A stretch of DNA of 26,147 nt, taken from positions 1 through 26,147 of the IMG/VR virus record IMGVR_UViG_3300044267_005212. One strand, given 5' to 3'. Of this stretch, positions 15,318-25,500 are shown piece by piece. Origin of the DNA: a virus. Taxonomy: Duplodnaviria; Caudoviricetes. The position numbers and the translations under genes are program-made. The first letter of the stretch is position 1. The number at the start of each line of letters is the position of its first letter. The notes under the pieces are model-generated. The model worked only from the letters and a program-made list of their open reading frames with translations. It did not search any database and was not told where the DNA came from.

Positions 15318-18300
15318 TTATGCTTTCTTTAATTGTTTAACTTCTTTTGATAATTCTTGAATTGCTTTTACAAGGATTGGCACAAGCTTGCCATAAGAAG
15401 CTTCAAGTCTATCTGGATTTTCATCCATAACAAGACCTAAATAATCAGCATCATTATCCTTTTGTACTTGTTGAAAATCTTGTGCTATAAATCCTGCTTC
15501 GTAAGAACCATCTTTTCCGTTACCATCTCTTGTCTCCCATTTGAATTTAACAGGAGAAAGAGAATCAATAAAATCTAATCCTAAATTTAAACTATTGATA
15601 TCTGTTTTATCACGTCTATCAGATAGTGAACTAATAGTTTGTACATTACAACGTAAAGTTGCTATTGAGTTATTACCTAAGGTTATTTCATTAGAAACTG
15701 TGACTGCACTTGGAGTTGCATAATTACCAAGACAAGTATTATTTGATCCTGTTGTTAAAGTATCTCCTGCATATAAACCAATACCTACATTATGGTTTCC
15801 TGTCGTACCACAACCTGCATTTTGACCTATTGCTACACCACCTGTATTTGTTGTAGCTGAATCTCCTGCAAATACACCAATATAAACGCTTTCTACTGCA
15901 GTTGTTGCGGCTGCTCCTGCGCTATCTCCTATACCAATATTTGCATAGCCACTTGTGATTGCATAATCTTTATGATTTTGACTTCCAATAAATATTCCAT
16001 TATCTCCTGAATAAGTAGCTGTACCATTTAAAGCTCCACATGCTATAAAATTATAATCTCCAGCAACAAGATTATTACCTGTCCAATTCGATATAGCTAC
16101 ACCTCCCAAAATTACATTATTTGTACCTGTCGTAATTGAATCTCCTGATCTATGTCCTATTGCTACATTTCCATCACTTTCACAATTAAGTAAACTCTTA
16201 TAACCAATAGCTATATTAGTATTTCCCACTGAAGGATCAGATAAACTGTTGGTACCAATAGCAATGTTATAACTAGATGTTGTACCTTGATCTAAAGCTG
16301 TATTACCAAAAGCTATATTACTTATACCAGTAGTGATACTTCTTCCTGCATATCTACCAAAAAACGAATTGCTATCTCCTGTAGTAATATCTTCACCAGC
16401 CATATTACCAAAAAGAGTAAGGCTATCAGCTGTTGTTGCTCTTTTTCCAGCGGAATAACCAACAGCAGTACATTCAGAAGCATCAGTCAAAGCTTGTAAA
16501 GCTTCATGACCAATAGCTACAGTAGACCAAACTCCAATATAATTAGTTAATGTTTCTGTTCCTATAGCTATAGTTCCAAAGGTATTATCATTGCTATAAA
16601 AAGCTTTATAACCAATAGCTATATTATTATTTCTAGTTGTTTGAGTATATCCTGCTTGAACACCAATTAATATATTTTTATCTCCACTAGTAGTATTTCT
16701 TCCTGCTTGATAACCTAAACCAATATTATTATCTCCAGTAGTTAAATCTTCATAAGAATTAGCACCAACTACTACATTAGTCTCACATGTTGTTCCTGCA
16801 GTAGCAACACCATGACCTATTAAAACATTTGATCCTGCTGTAGTAGTACCAGTAGGATCTCTAAAAATAGAATTTCCTATTAAAATATTAGTACTCATAT
16901 TGACACCATTCCATCCCGTTTCAAAACCTATTGCAATATTAGAAGCAGAATTATTTGCAATTCTAGTTAACGCACCTTCACCAATACCTATATTAAATGT
17001 TCCTGAACTTGTTAAAATTCCACTAGACATTGCATTATAACCAATAGCTATATTTCGTTGTCCTCCAGTAGAACCCGTTAAAGCTCTATATCCTATTGCT
17101 ACATTTCCATATCCAGTAGTTTGTGAATCTAAACTTTCATGACCTATAGCAACAGATTGAGTAGCCGTAGTAGCTGAACCCATAGAGTTATAACCAATAG
17201 CTACATTTTTTTCACCAGTTGTAAGAAAATCTAAAACTAAAGAACCAAAACCAGTATTATAATCACCAATTGTTATAGATGTACCTGCATCTTTTCCAAA
17301 TAATGTATTATCTATTGCATTAGTACTAGTAAAACTAGCTCCTGCACCACTTCCACCTAATGTATTATTTTGAGCATCAGATGAAGCTGAAGTAACAATA
17401 GCCCATCCTGCATCTCCATTATTATCAACTGTCAAAACGTAGTTAGGAGTTGCAGTTGAATCTTTAATATTAAAATTAAGACCTGGAATTCTGAATTTTG
17501 TAATAGAAGAATTACCTAAAGTTATTTCATTAGAAACTGTTGCTGCACTCGCATCTGAATTATTACCAATACAAATATTATTACTACCTGTTGTTATTGA
17601 ATCACCAGCTAAATAACCTAATGCTGTATTTAAACCTGCAGTTGTATTAGCATTTAAAGCTTTCATCCCAACTGCTGTATTTCCAGAACCTGTAGTTGTA
17701 TAACGTAATGCTTCTTTACCAACAGCAACATGAGAATCTCCTGTTGTGTTCATCTGTAATGATTCAACTCCTACAGCTACATTATGACTAGCTGTTGTAT
17801 TTGCTCCTAAAGCATCTTTTCCTATAGCAACAAGTTCATATCCAGTATTATTTGCATCTAAAGTTAGTTCACCTATAGCAGTATTAGAATGTCCAGTTGT
17901 ATTAGTAGTTAAAGCTCGTGAACCAATAGCTTGGTTAAAGCTACCTGAAGTATTAGCATATAATGTTTTATAACCTATGCCATGATTACTATCACCTGTA
18001 TTAGTAGAATATACAGCTTCTTCTCCAATAGCTATATTATTATTACCAGAAGTATTATTTGCTAAAGCGTGATAACCAAAAGCACATCCACCATCACCAG
18101 TAATATTTGCATTTAAAGCATTTGAACCAAATGCAACATTATCGGAACCACTAGTATTATTTTTAAGAGCTTGACATCCAAAAGCAGTATTATCATCTCC
18201 AGCATTAATTGATTTACCAGTATCTTTTCCAAATAAAGTATTTCTATGAGTATCAGTATCAAGATCTAAACCAGCATTAGTACCTGCTACTGTATTCTCT

Positions 18301-18833
18301 CTAGCATCACTAATTATATTTGCAGTTGCTTCACTCCAAGATAGTACACCATTTGCATTACTAACTAATGCATAACCAGAAGTAGCAGCATCTGCAGAAG
18401 GTAATGTCCAAACAATATTATTACTAACAGTACTAGGTGATTGAAAACCTACATAATGAGATCCATCTCCATCTTTTAATCTAATATCAGCTGGAAATGC
18501 AAAATCACCACTATTAGCAATAGCAGAAGGTTTTACAGTTCCATCACTAGGACTTCCTATTGCATAAGAATCTCCTAAAGAAAGAGCAAAAAAAGCAGTT
18601 CCATTTGCTGGAGCACTTGCAAAAGTAATACTAGAACCTGAAACATTGTAATCAGTTTCAGGTTTCTTAATAACATTTCCTAAAGAAACAAGTAAATTCC
18701 TTGCACTTCCTGGTGAAAAAGCTGTTGTGTTATCTGTTAAAGCAAAGGTAGTAGTACTACCGTTAAAACCACTGGAAATATCGTCGCAAAGACTATATTT
18801 TCCTACTATAGGAGACTGTCCTAAATATGCCAT
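15318..18833 (-). CDS. Long tail fibre with ~14-aa beta-roll repeats and C-terminal intramolecular chaperone (peptidase S74)
   Basis: N-terminal MAYLG..P...DDISSGFNGSTTTFAL...ITFASAP attachment domain; dozens of NxAxGxxAL...TTG repeats; C-terminal S|DRRDK...LSPVKFKW...GFIAQD...YGKLVPILVKAIQELS (about 15623-15318). Confidence 0.92.
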   Translation of the reverse strand: MAYLGQSPIVGKYSLCDDISSGFNGSTTTFALTDNTTAFSPGSARNLLVSLGNVIKKPETDYNVSGSSITFASAPANGTAFFALSLGDSYAIGSPSDGTVKPSAIANSGDFAFPADIRLKDGDGSHYVGFQSPSTVSNNIVWTLPSADAATSGYALVSNANGVLSWSEATANIISDARENTVAGTNAGLDLDTDTHRNTLFGKDTGKSINAGDDNTAFGCQALKNNTSGSDNVAFGSNALNANITGDGGCAFGYHALANNTSGNNNIAIGEEAVYSTNTGDSNHGIGYKTLYANTSGSFNQAIGSRALTTNTTGHSNTAIGELTLDANNTGYELVAIGKDALGANTTASHNVAVGVESLQMNTTGDSHVAVGKEALRYTTTGSGNTAVGMKALNANTTAGLNTALGYLAGDSITTGSNNICIGNNSDASAATVSNEITLGNSSITKFRIPGLNFNIKDSTATPNYVLTVDNNGDAGWAIVTSASSDAQNNTLGGSGAGASFTSTNAIDNTLFGKDAGTSITIGDYNTGFGSLVLDFLTTGEKNVAIGYNSMGSATTATQSVAIGHESLDSQTTGYGNVAIGYRALTGSTGGQRNIAIGYNAMSSGILTSSGTFNIGIGEGALTRIANNSASNIAIGFETGWNGVNMSTNILIGNSIFRDPTGTTTAGSNVLIGHGVATAGTTCETNVVVGANSYEDLTTGDNNIGLGYQAGRNTTSGDKNILIGVQAGYTQTTRNNNIAIGYKAFYSNDNTFGTIAIGTETLTNYIGVWSTVAIGHEALQALTDASECTAVGYSAGKRATTADSLTLFGNMAGEDITTGDSNSFFGRYAGRSITTGISNIAFGNTALDQGTTSSYNIAIGTNSLSDPSVGNTNIAIGYKSLLNCESDGNVAIGHRSGDSITTGTNNVILGGVAISNWTGNNLVAGDYNFIACGALNGTATYSGDNGIFIGSQNHKDYAITSGYANIGIGDSAGAAATTAVESVYIGVFAGDSATTNTGGVAIGQNAGCGTTGNHNVGIGLYAGDTLTTGSNNTCLGNYATPSAVTVSNEITLGNNSIATLRCNVQTISSLSDRRDKTDINSLNLGLDFIDSLSPVKFKWETRDGNGKDGSYEAGFIAQDFQQVQKDNDADYLGLVMDENPDRLEASYGKLVPILVKAIQELSKEVKQLKKA
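17511..17543. repeat. 33-bp direct repeat shared between fibre genes (copies at 22756-22788 and 15672-15701)
   Basis: ATTACCTAAAGTTATTTCATTAGAAACTGTTGC is identical at 17511 and 22756; 29/30 match at 15672; encodes ATVSNEITLGN. Confidence 0.85.
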
Positions 18834-18892
18834 TTAGCCTACAAAACTTATTATTCTATCTTAATTTTAGTATTACTTGACTTCGGAATTAA

Positions 18893-19123
18893 TTAGCCTT
18901 CTTTCACTTCTGTATTTATATCTCTAATTTCTTTTAACTCATTTATCGCTCTATTTAATCCAATAGCTTGTTGTTCACAGACAATAGCTTTTTGTCTTAA
19001 TTCATTTTGCCTTTCATTTAAGGTATTACTCTCTTCTACTATTTTTTTATATTCTGTTTGTACAGTTTCTAATTCTTTTCCTAAACTTTCTAGTTTTGCA
19101 GTGCAAAGGTCTTCGTGTGCCAT
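18893..19123 (-). CDS. Small coiled-coil protein (possible fibre chaperone)
   Basis: Heptad-rich and charged; lies between fibre genes. Confidence 0.7.
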   Translation of the reverse strand: MAHEDLCTAKLESLGKELETVQTEYKKIVEESNTLNERQNELRQKAIVCEQQAIGLNRAINELKEIRDINTEVKEG

Positions 19124-19154
19124 TGTTTTTGTGTAACTTTACTAAGTATAGTCT

Positions 19155-19403
19155 TTAATACTTAGATTTACCAAGAGTAACAGCTGCATCTTGAGCAGTA
19201 AAGTCTTCACTAGTCCAAATGCTAGTGGTACCATCTTCTTTTTTGTATGCTTTTATAATTTCAAGATGATCTACATTTCTTTTTAATGTATCCTTGTCTT
19301 CATCTGTAATTGTAGATTGACCAGCAACACTATTTATAAGAGTAACACTATCACCAGCAGCAGAGAAAATCTTTGCTACTTCGTCTGCAGTTCTTTCAGC
19401 CAT
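19155..19403 (-). CDS. Small helical protein associated with fibre genes (possible assembly chaperone)
   Basis: A.GDSV.LIN...RNVDHLEII...WT.EDFT...AA motif; function inferred from context only. Confidence 0.7.
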   Translation of the reverse strand: MAERTADEVAKIFSAAGDSVTLINSVAGQSTITDEDKDTLKRNVDHLEIIKAYKKEDGTTSIWTSEDFTAQDAAVTLGKSKY

Positions 19404-19442
19404 GACAAAATTAATATTTATATATAAATTTTAGCACTACTT

Positions 19443-19742
19443 TTATGAAGTTTTCCATGTTCCATTTACATTTACAGGTACATTAGATGCTGCTTTCCAT
19501 GTTCCATTTACATTTATATGTACTGTAGCTTGTTTCCATGTACCGTTTACATTGATCCAAACTGTAGTTGTACTTCCACCCCCTCCTCCACCTGAGTTTG
19601 AATTAATAGCAATAGGAGTACTCCAATCAACTATATCTAAACTTTTACTATCAACTGTTGATGTAGCATCAATATTTGCAAGAGGAAGACTCCAATCAAC
19701 TATATCTAAACCTAAAATTTCAGTACTTGTAGGTAATGCCAT
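19443..19742 (-). CDS. Small repeat-built tail adaptor-like protein (99 aa)
   Basis: 2x LDIVDWSxP, poly-Gly linker, 3x (I/V)NVNGTWK. Confidence 0.75.
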   Translation of the reverse strand: MALPTSTEILGLDIVDWSLPLANIDATSTVDSKSLDIVDWSTPIAINSNSGGGGGGSTTTVWINVNGTWKQATVHINVNGTWKAASNVPVNVNGTWKTS

Positions 19743-19957
19743 TAACTTAAATTTGCCTCCTCATCAAGTTTTCTTTGTTTTTCATTTTCTTCTATTTCTT
19801 TTTCATTAGCTAAAAGTTCATCTATAAGAGGTTTAATATCTTCTAACGTTTTTTCTTCTGAAGAAGTATATCTAATCCATCTTTCATCATTTATTTTAAC
19901 CATATAAAGAAAATCTCCTGTAACTGATTTATCTGTTGCAGTAATTGAATAAGTCAT
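19742..19957 (-). CDS. Hypothetical protein (71 aa)
   Basis: Starts 4 nt after the RBP stop; TAATG coupling to the 99-aa gene. Confidence 0.7.
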   Translation of the reverse strand: MTYSITATDKSVTGDFLYMVKINDERWIRYTSSEEKTLEDIKPLIDELLANEKEIEENEKQRKLDEEANLS

Positions 19958-19961
19958 AATT

Positions 19962-22547
19962 TTAAGCTTGTGTAATAGTCATATCATCAAAATAGACATG
20001 ACTGGCACCACCACCATAAGCATCTAAACTAACATCTACATAACCATCAGCAGTTGGTGTAAAAGAAGATGTTAATTGTTCCCATGCTCCATGAGAACTT
20101 GAAACTGCACTTTGTTCAGTTAAACCCATTGTAGGATTTGTATCAAGAATTAATTTTCCTTTACCTGCACTTGTACCAGGATAAACCCAAACTCCAATTG
20201 TTACTTGGCTTCCCGATTTAACTGCAAATTTTCCAAACTTTGTTTTCATGCTTCCTACTAAAGCATTTCCACCACTTCCTGTCATATAAAAATCCCATGA
20301 AAAACCAGAAGCTGTATGTCTTGTTGTTGTATTGTTAGTAATTGTTCCATATTTATATACTGTTTCATGTGCTCCACTTACATTATTTGCATTTCTTCTA
20401 TACCATTGTCCTGAACTTAAATTCATAGGAGTACTTGCATAAGTTCCTGTGACTTGATCATTTTGTGTGTAAAATTCTGCACCATCATTTTTAAGTTGTC
20501 TATTAGGTAATGAAAGTGCATTTATTTTTGCTGGTCCATTATAAAGAAAAGTACATGTAGCACTAAGACTATAATAATTTTCTGGTTTTGTAGGTGCAGC
20601 AGCATCTTGTGTATATGTCAAACTATTAATTGTTATTAATCCTGGTTCACGTTTATAAAGAATACCAGCAGCATGATTATTTAAAATAGCAGTATTAATT
20701 GTTACTGGTGTTTTTTGATAACTATAAATCCCTAATTCATAAGATGAACATTCATAATGATCAATATATAAAGCATTAGACTCTACACTCATATTTGAAC
20801 CAAAATTAATTCCTCTTGATTGTGTGTAACCACAACCTCTGACTACTATTTTTCCAAAATATCCGTTTTCTATTTTTTGTGTAAAAGTTACTCCATTATA
20901 AGCAGATGGTTGTGTTACATATATTTGATAATCATTTTTACCTGCTTCATTTGCAACACTAGGACTTGATACAGCTTCATTTTTATAAAAACTACATTGA
21001 TAAAAATAAACAGGACTTTGAGCAAGATATGCAATACATTTTCTTAAAGAAGAATAGTATGGATAAAATACTGATCCATCCATTCTACTTCCCGACATAT
21101 ATACATGATCTAATGATAAATAATTACAATGAGACCATTTCCATTCGTATGATCGAACAATGCCAAATTTTTCGAAATTACACCAATTACAGCTACTATG
21201 GTTAAAGGTAGTTCTTCTTGTTACTAAATCTAAAAAAGTCGCATTTAAACTTTGCGAACTCATATCTGTAGTATTCCATCCTCCAGAAAATGTAAATTGA
21301 TTATCATATGTCCCTGATTTACTAGTAATATCAGACCAAGTAGTTGTAGATGTATTACTATTATTTAATTCTTTAGGAATTATACATTCTCTTTTATAAA
21401 TATTTGTTCCATCAAAATCATTAGAAAAACCTACATTATAACCTGGAGAATAATAACCCCAATCACTTGAACTTGCTTGTTGTCTACCTTCTAAAATAAT
21501 TCTTTTTTCATTAATGGATTGAATTCCAAACCATGTTGGATCAGCAGTTGTATTTAATCCAATAACTGAACTATGTGTTAATGAATCTGCTGAAGAAGAA
21601 GCTTTACAAGCAATAATATTAGACAACCAAAATTTTTGTTCTCCTTGATCTGTATCTACATATAAAGCAATTGATTGAATAGAACTATTTAAATTAGTAC
21701 CTAAATCTACTGTAATTCGCGACCAAGCTTGATAATTATGTTCACTAATATCAAGTGGAATTGTATGAACAGAAGTTGCACCTGCATTATCAGTACATAA
21801 ACGTAAAGAACAATTATTTCCCCAATGTTGACTACTAAGGTTACATAAAAGCATTAAGGAAATTTGTTGATATCCAGAAAGATCTAATGTTCCTGTAGCC
21901 CAATATGCAGCCTTACCTGTTCCAAAACCTGCAGCAATATGAACTTCATCACTATAATAATGTTCATTATATGCTGCTTCAGAATTATTCCATGCAAAAT
22001 TAGAAGATGTTATTAACTGTGTTGTTACATCTGTAGATGCTGTCCATGTCGTTGTCCTATGTCCAGTAGATGCTACATTTTTTGTAACTGCTGTATCTAA
22101 TAAAATTCTACGACCATTAGCAGGTGTAATTTTTCCACCACTACCTGTTGTTGCACTCTGAGCTGTATATCCATTTAATTTTATATTGCCATCATCAACT
22201 CGTGTTACTTCCCAAGTACCATTAATATATTGATTATCAGTATTGTCAATAATTTGAACAGTATCTCCTGTAAATACTTTTTTACCAAAACCACCAATCG
22301 CAAGGTTAGTCTCACCTTCTGTTGTGCTATACGTAATGGTGCTTATACTATTTCCTTGATACATCCACCAACCCCATCCTCTTCTTGCTTTTCCAGTACC
22401 AACTAAAGTTGGATCAGGAGAACCCATTATTCTTACAGTATCACCTGCAGAAACACTTAAACCGTTTACTTTACTTCTTCGATTAGCAAAACTTGTTCCA
22501 TCTCCAGATGAATCACCATTTTTATAATCAACGTAATGTATCGCCAT
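19962..22547 (-). CDS. Putative receptor-binding/tailspike-like protein: right-handed beta-helix with carbohydrate-binding-module-like domains (861 aa)
   Basis: HYVD...GD...DGTS...AGDTVRI beta-helix cap; LDLSGYQQISL...WSRITVDL...IQSIALY...WLSNI (CBM-like insert); C-terminal VTIGVWV...WEQLTSSFT...VYFDD (CBM4/9-like). Confidence 0.75.
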   Translation of the reverse strand: MAIHYVDYKNGDSSGDGTSFANRRSKVNGLSVSAGDTVRIMGSPDPTLVGTGKARRGWGWWMYQGNSISTITYSTTEGETNLAIGGFGKKVFTGDTVQIIDNTDNQYINGTWEVTRVDDGNIKLNGYTAQSATTGSGGKITPANGRRILLDTAVTKNVASTGHRTTTWTASTDVTTQLITSSNFAWNNSEAAYNEHYYSDEVHIAAGFGTGKAAYWATGTLDLSGYQQISLMLLCNLSSQHWGNNCSLRLCTDNAGATSVHTIPLDISEHNYQAWSRITVDLGTNLNSSIQSIALYVDTDQGEQKFWLSNIIACKASSSADSLTHSSVIGLNTTADPTWFGIQSINEKRIILEGRQQASSSDWGYYSPGYNVGFSNDFDGTNIYKRECIIPKELNNSNTSTTTWSDITSKSGTYDNQFTFSGGWNTTDMSSQSLNATFLDLVTRRTTFNHSSCNWCNFEKFGIVRSYEWKWSHCNYLSLDHVYMSGSRMDGSVFYPYYSSLRKCIAYLAQSPVYFYQCSFYKNEAVSSPSVANEAGKNDYQIYVTQPSAYNGVTFTQKIENGYFGKIVVRGCGYTQSRGINFGSNMSVESNALYIDHYECSSYELGIYSYQKTPVTINTAILNNHAAGILYKREPGLITINSLTYTQDAAAPTKPENYYSLSATCTFLYNGPAKINALSLPNRQLKNDGAEFYTQNDQVTGTYASTPMNLSSGQWYRRNANNVSGAHETVYKYGTITNNTTTRHTASGFSWDFYMTGSGGNALVGSMKTKFGKFAVKSGSQVTIGVWVYPGTSAGKGKLILDTNPTMGLTEQSAVSSSHGAWEQLTSSFTPTADGYVDVSLDAYGGGASHVYFDDMTITQA

Positions 22548-22578
22548 TTATTTTAATTTTATTTATATTAATTATAGT

Positions 22579-25500
22579 CTAAGAATAAACTACCCATAAA
22601 TCTCCATCTGCCCCGCCAGAAGGTGAGTTTGTAGAAGCTGTAATTTTACGTACCCCTGCTGTACCAGAAGCAGTAGAAGCTACTCCAGAGAATTGACCAC
22701 TATCATTTATTTCAAAACTATTTAAACCAGGTACTCTTAATTTTGTAATAGCTGTATTACCTAAAGTTATTTCATTAGAAACTGTTGCGGAACTAGCAGC
22801 TGCTTCATAACCAATAATTAGATTATTAGATCCTGTAGTTAAATCATTAGTACCTGAATTTGCAGAATGATAGCCAATTACAGTATTATTAGTTCCTGAA
22901 GTTAAATCATTAGCTGCTTCATAACCAATAGCAACATTATTATTTCCTGTTGCATTATGTAAAGAATACATACCTACACCAGTATTATAACTTCCAGTAG
23001 CAAGCCATTTACCAGAGTTATAACCAATACAAGTATTATCTGAACCAGTACTAAGATTACCCCCCGCTGCATATCCCATGCAAGTGTTATAGTTTCCAGT
23101 GGTAAGGGAATGCATAACCCATCCACCTGTACCAGTGTTATTACTACCTGTTGTAATGTTATAAGCTCCATTAAAACCTGTTATTACATTCTGTGCTCCA
23201 GTTGTATTATCTTCTAATGCTCTATGACCAGTGGCAACGTTTCCAGTTCCTGATGTAGTAGCTTTTAAAGCTCGATAGCCAACAGCTACGTTGTCGTTAG
23301 TCGTATTGTTATATAAAGCCTCATGTCCAATAGATATGTTATTATTACCAGTTGTGTTTACTCTGTTTGTGTCATTACCAAGTGCAATATTATAAGCACC
23401 TGAAGTAATAGCACGTAAACCGTCTCTACCTACTGCTACGTTGTGTGCTCCAGTAACAGCACCCATCATAGATTCATTACCTATAGCTATGTTGTAATTA
23501 CCAGTTGTTACTCCACCACCTGCGTCCCTACCTAAGAAAGTGCAATCTAATGCTGTTGTTAATGCATCTCCAGCTAAATAACCAATAGCTGTATTATGCT
23601 GTCCTACTGTACAAGATTTTAAAGCTTGATAACCTACAGCCGTACTATTTGAAGTAGTATCATAAGCTTTTAAAGATTCATAACCAACAGCTACATTCTT
23701 GTCTCCACTACAAGGAGTACTATTATTACCATTCATGGCATAGTAGCCTATAGCTACGTTGTCATCGCAGTTAGAACCGTAATGCAACGCTGAATGTCCT
23801 ATAGCTACATTTGAATCTCCTGTTTGCCACCTACATGCGTAATATCCTATAGCTACGTTGTAACTATCTGCACCTTGGGCAAATACTTGCGAACCAATAG
23901 CAATTGTTTGAGTGTTAGTTGTTCCTGATTTTAAAGCTTCATGTCCTATTGCTATATTGTCAGCTCCAGTAGTATTATTTTGTAAAGCTTTTCTTCCTAT
24001 ACCTACATTATTTGTACCAGTCGTATTCGACTCAAGTGCTGCTTGTCCAAAACCACTGTTATCAACTCCTGTTGTATCTTTACCAGCATTAGAACCAAAG
24101 AAGGAATTATTACCAGCTCCTGTGATTGAAGATCCAGCTTGATATCCAAATAATGTTGTATGATCTGCTGTAGTAAAAGCATTACCCGCGTTATAACCAG
24201 CAAAGGTATTAACTCCAGTATTACTAGGACTATTAGTAGTTTCTAAATGAACGTATTGTTCACCTGTACCTGGGCCACCTCCAGCAGCAGCCTCCCAACC
24301 AGCTTCACCATTAGCATCGACGGTTAAGACATAGTTATCAGTTGCAGTAGTATCTTTAATTACAAAGTTAATACCTGGAATTCTGAACTTAGTAATATTT
24401 GCACTACCTATAGTTACTTCATAATTTACATTTGCTGCACTAGCATCGGCAGATCTTCCTATTACAATATTTCCAGTACCAGTAGTTATGTTATCACCAG
24501 CATCAGATCCAATAGTTACATTACTGCCACCTGTTGTGATATATCTACCTGCATACATACCTAGCAGTGTGTTATGACTACCAGTAGTTATTTCTTGACC
24601 TGTGTAAGTACCAAAGACAGCGTTATAACTTCCTGTAGTGCAATCATTTAAAGAGTTTTTACCAAAAGCTACGTTACGATCTCCAGTCGTAACATTTTGC
24701 ATGGCAAAAGCTCCAACAGCAGTTGATCCACTATTTGCAGCAGCATAGTTATAGTCCTTCATAGCACGATGACCAATAGCTACGAAGTATCTAAAGTCGT
24801 TTGTAGTTTGAGATGTAAGAGCTTCACTACCTATTGCTACGTTACCTTGGTTTTCATTACCAGTAGGTAGACCAAAAAGAGCTTCCTTACCAATAGCTAT
24901 ATTTTCACCACCATCTACTACGTTATATAAAGCGTGATAACCAAGAGCTATATTGTCTGATGAAGTAGTTATATTTCTTCCTGCATCTTTTCCTAAACCA
25001 ATATTATTACTTCCTGTTGTAACTGCTCTTAAAGCATCCATGCCTAAACCACTATTATTACTTCCTGTTGTAATACTTAATAATGAGTCAGCTCCAATGG
25101 AATTATTATTATTACCACTCGTTAATGAATAACAAGCATGATTACCAATTCCTATATTGTAATTACCAGTAACAGTAGCTCCTCCTCCTGCATCTTTACC
25201 TAAAAATACGCTATATCCACCGCTAGTTAAACTTTGTGCTGTTCCTTTTCCAATCGCAACATTATATGTACCTGTACATGCTTTGAGAGCTGAATGACCT
25301 ACAGCTGTATTATTAGTACCAGTACCATTTCTAAAAGCATCAGCACCGAAAGCAGAATTATCTCCTGAAGTTGTTACTGTATTTCCGCATAAACTTCCTA
25401 CAAAAGTATTTCCATTTCCAGAAGTATTTGCTTTTCCAGCTCCATAACCAACAGCAACATTATCACCATTTGTTGCATTTTTTAAAGCTTCAAATCCAAC

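Noticed and set aside
19452-19711. CRISPR-like short direct repeats
   Set aside because: Only 2-3 copies, in frame, explained by the peptide repeats NVNGTWK and LDIVDWS; no cas genes.
15541-24203. Short track ORFs 15541..15723, 19552..19809, 20966..21205, 22974..23171, 23912..24142, 24003..24203
   Set aside because: Antisense or alternative-frame shadows of repetitive tail genes; their composition mirrors the main frame's codon bias.
25039-25041. Met at 25041 as the start of the second fibre
   Set aside because: The frame stays open with the same repeats to the window edge, so the true start lies outside the window.
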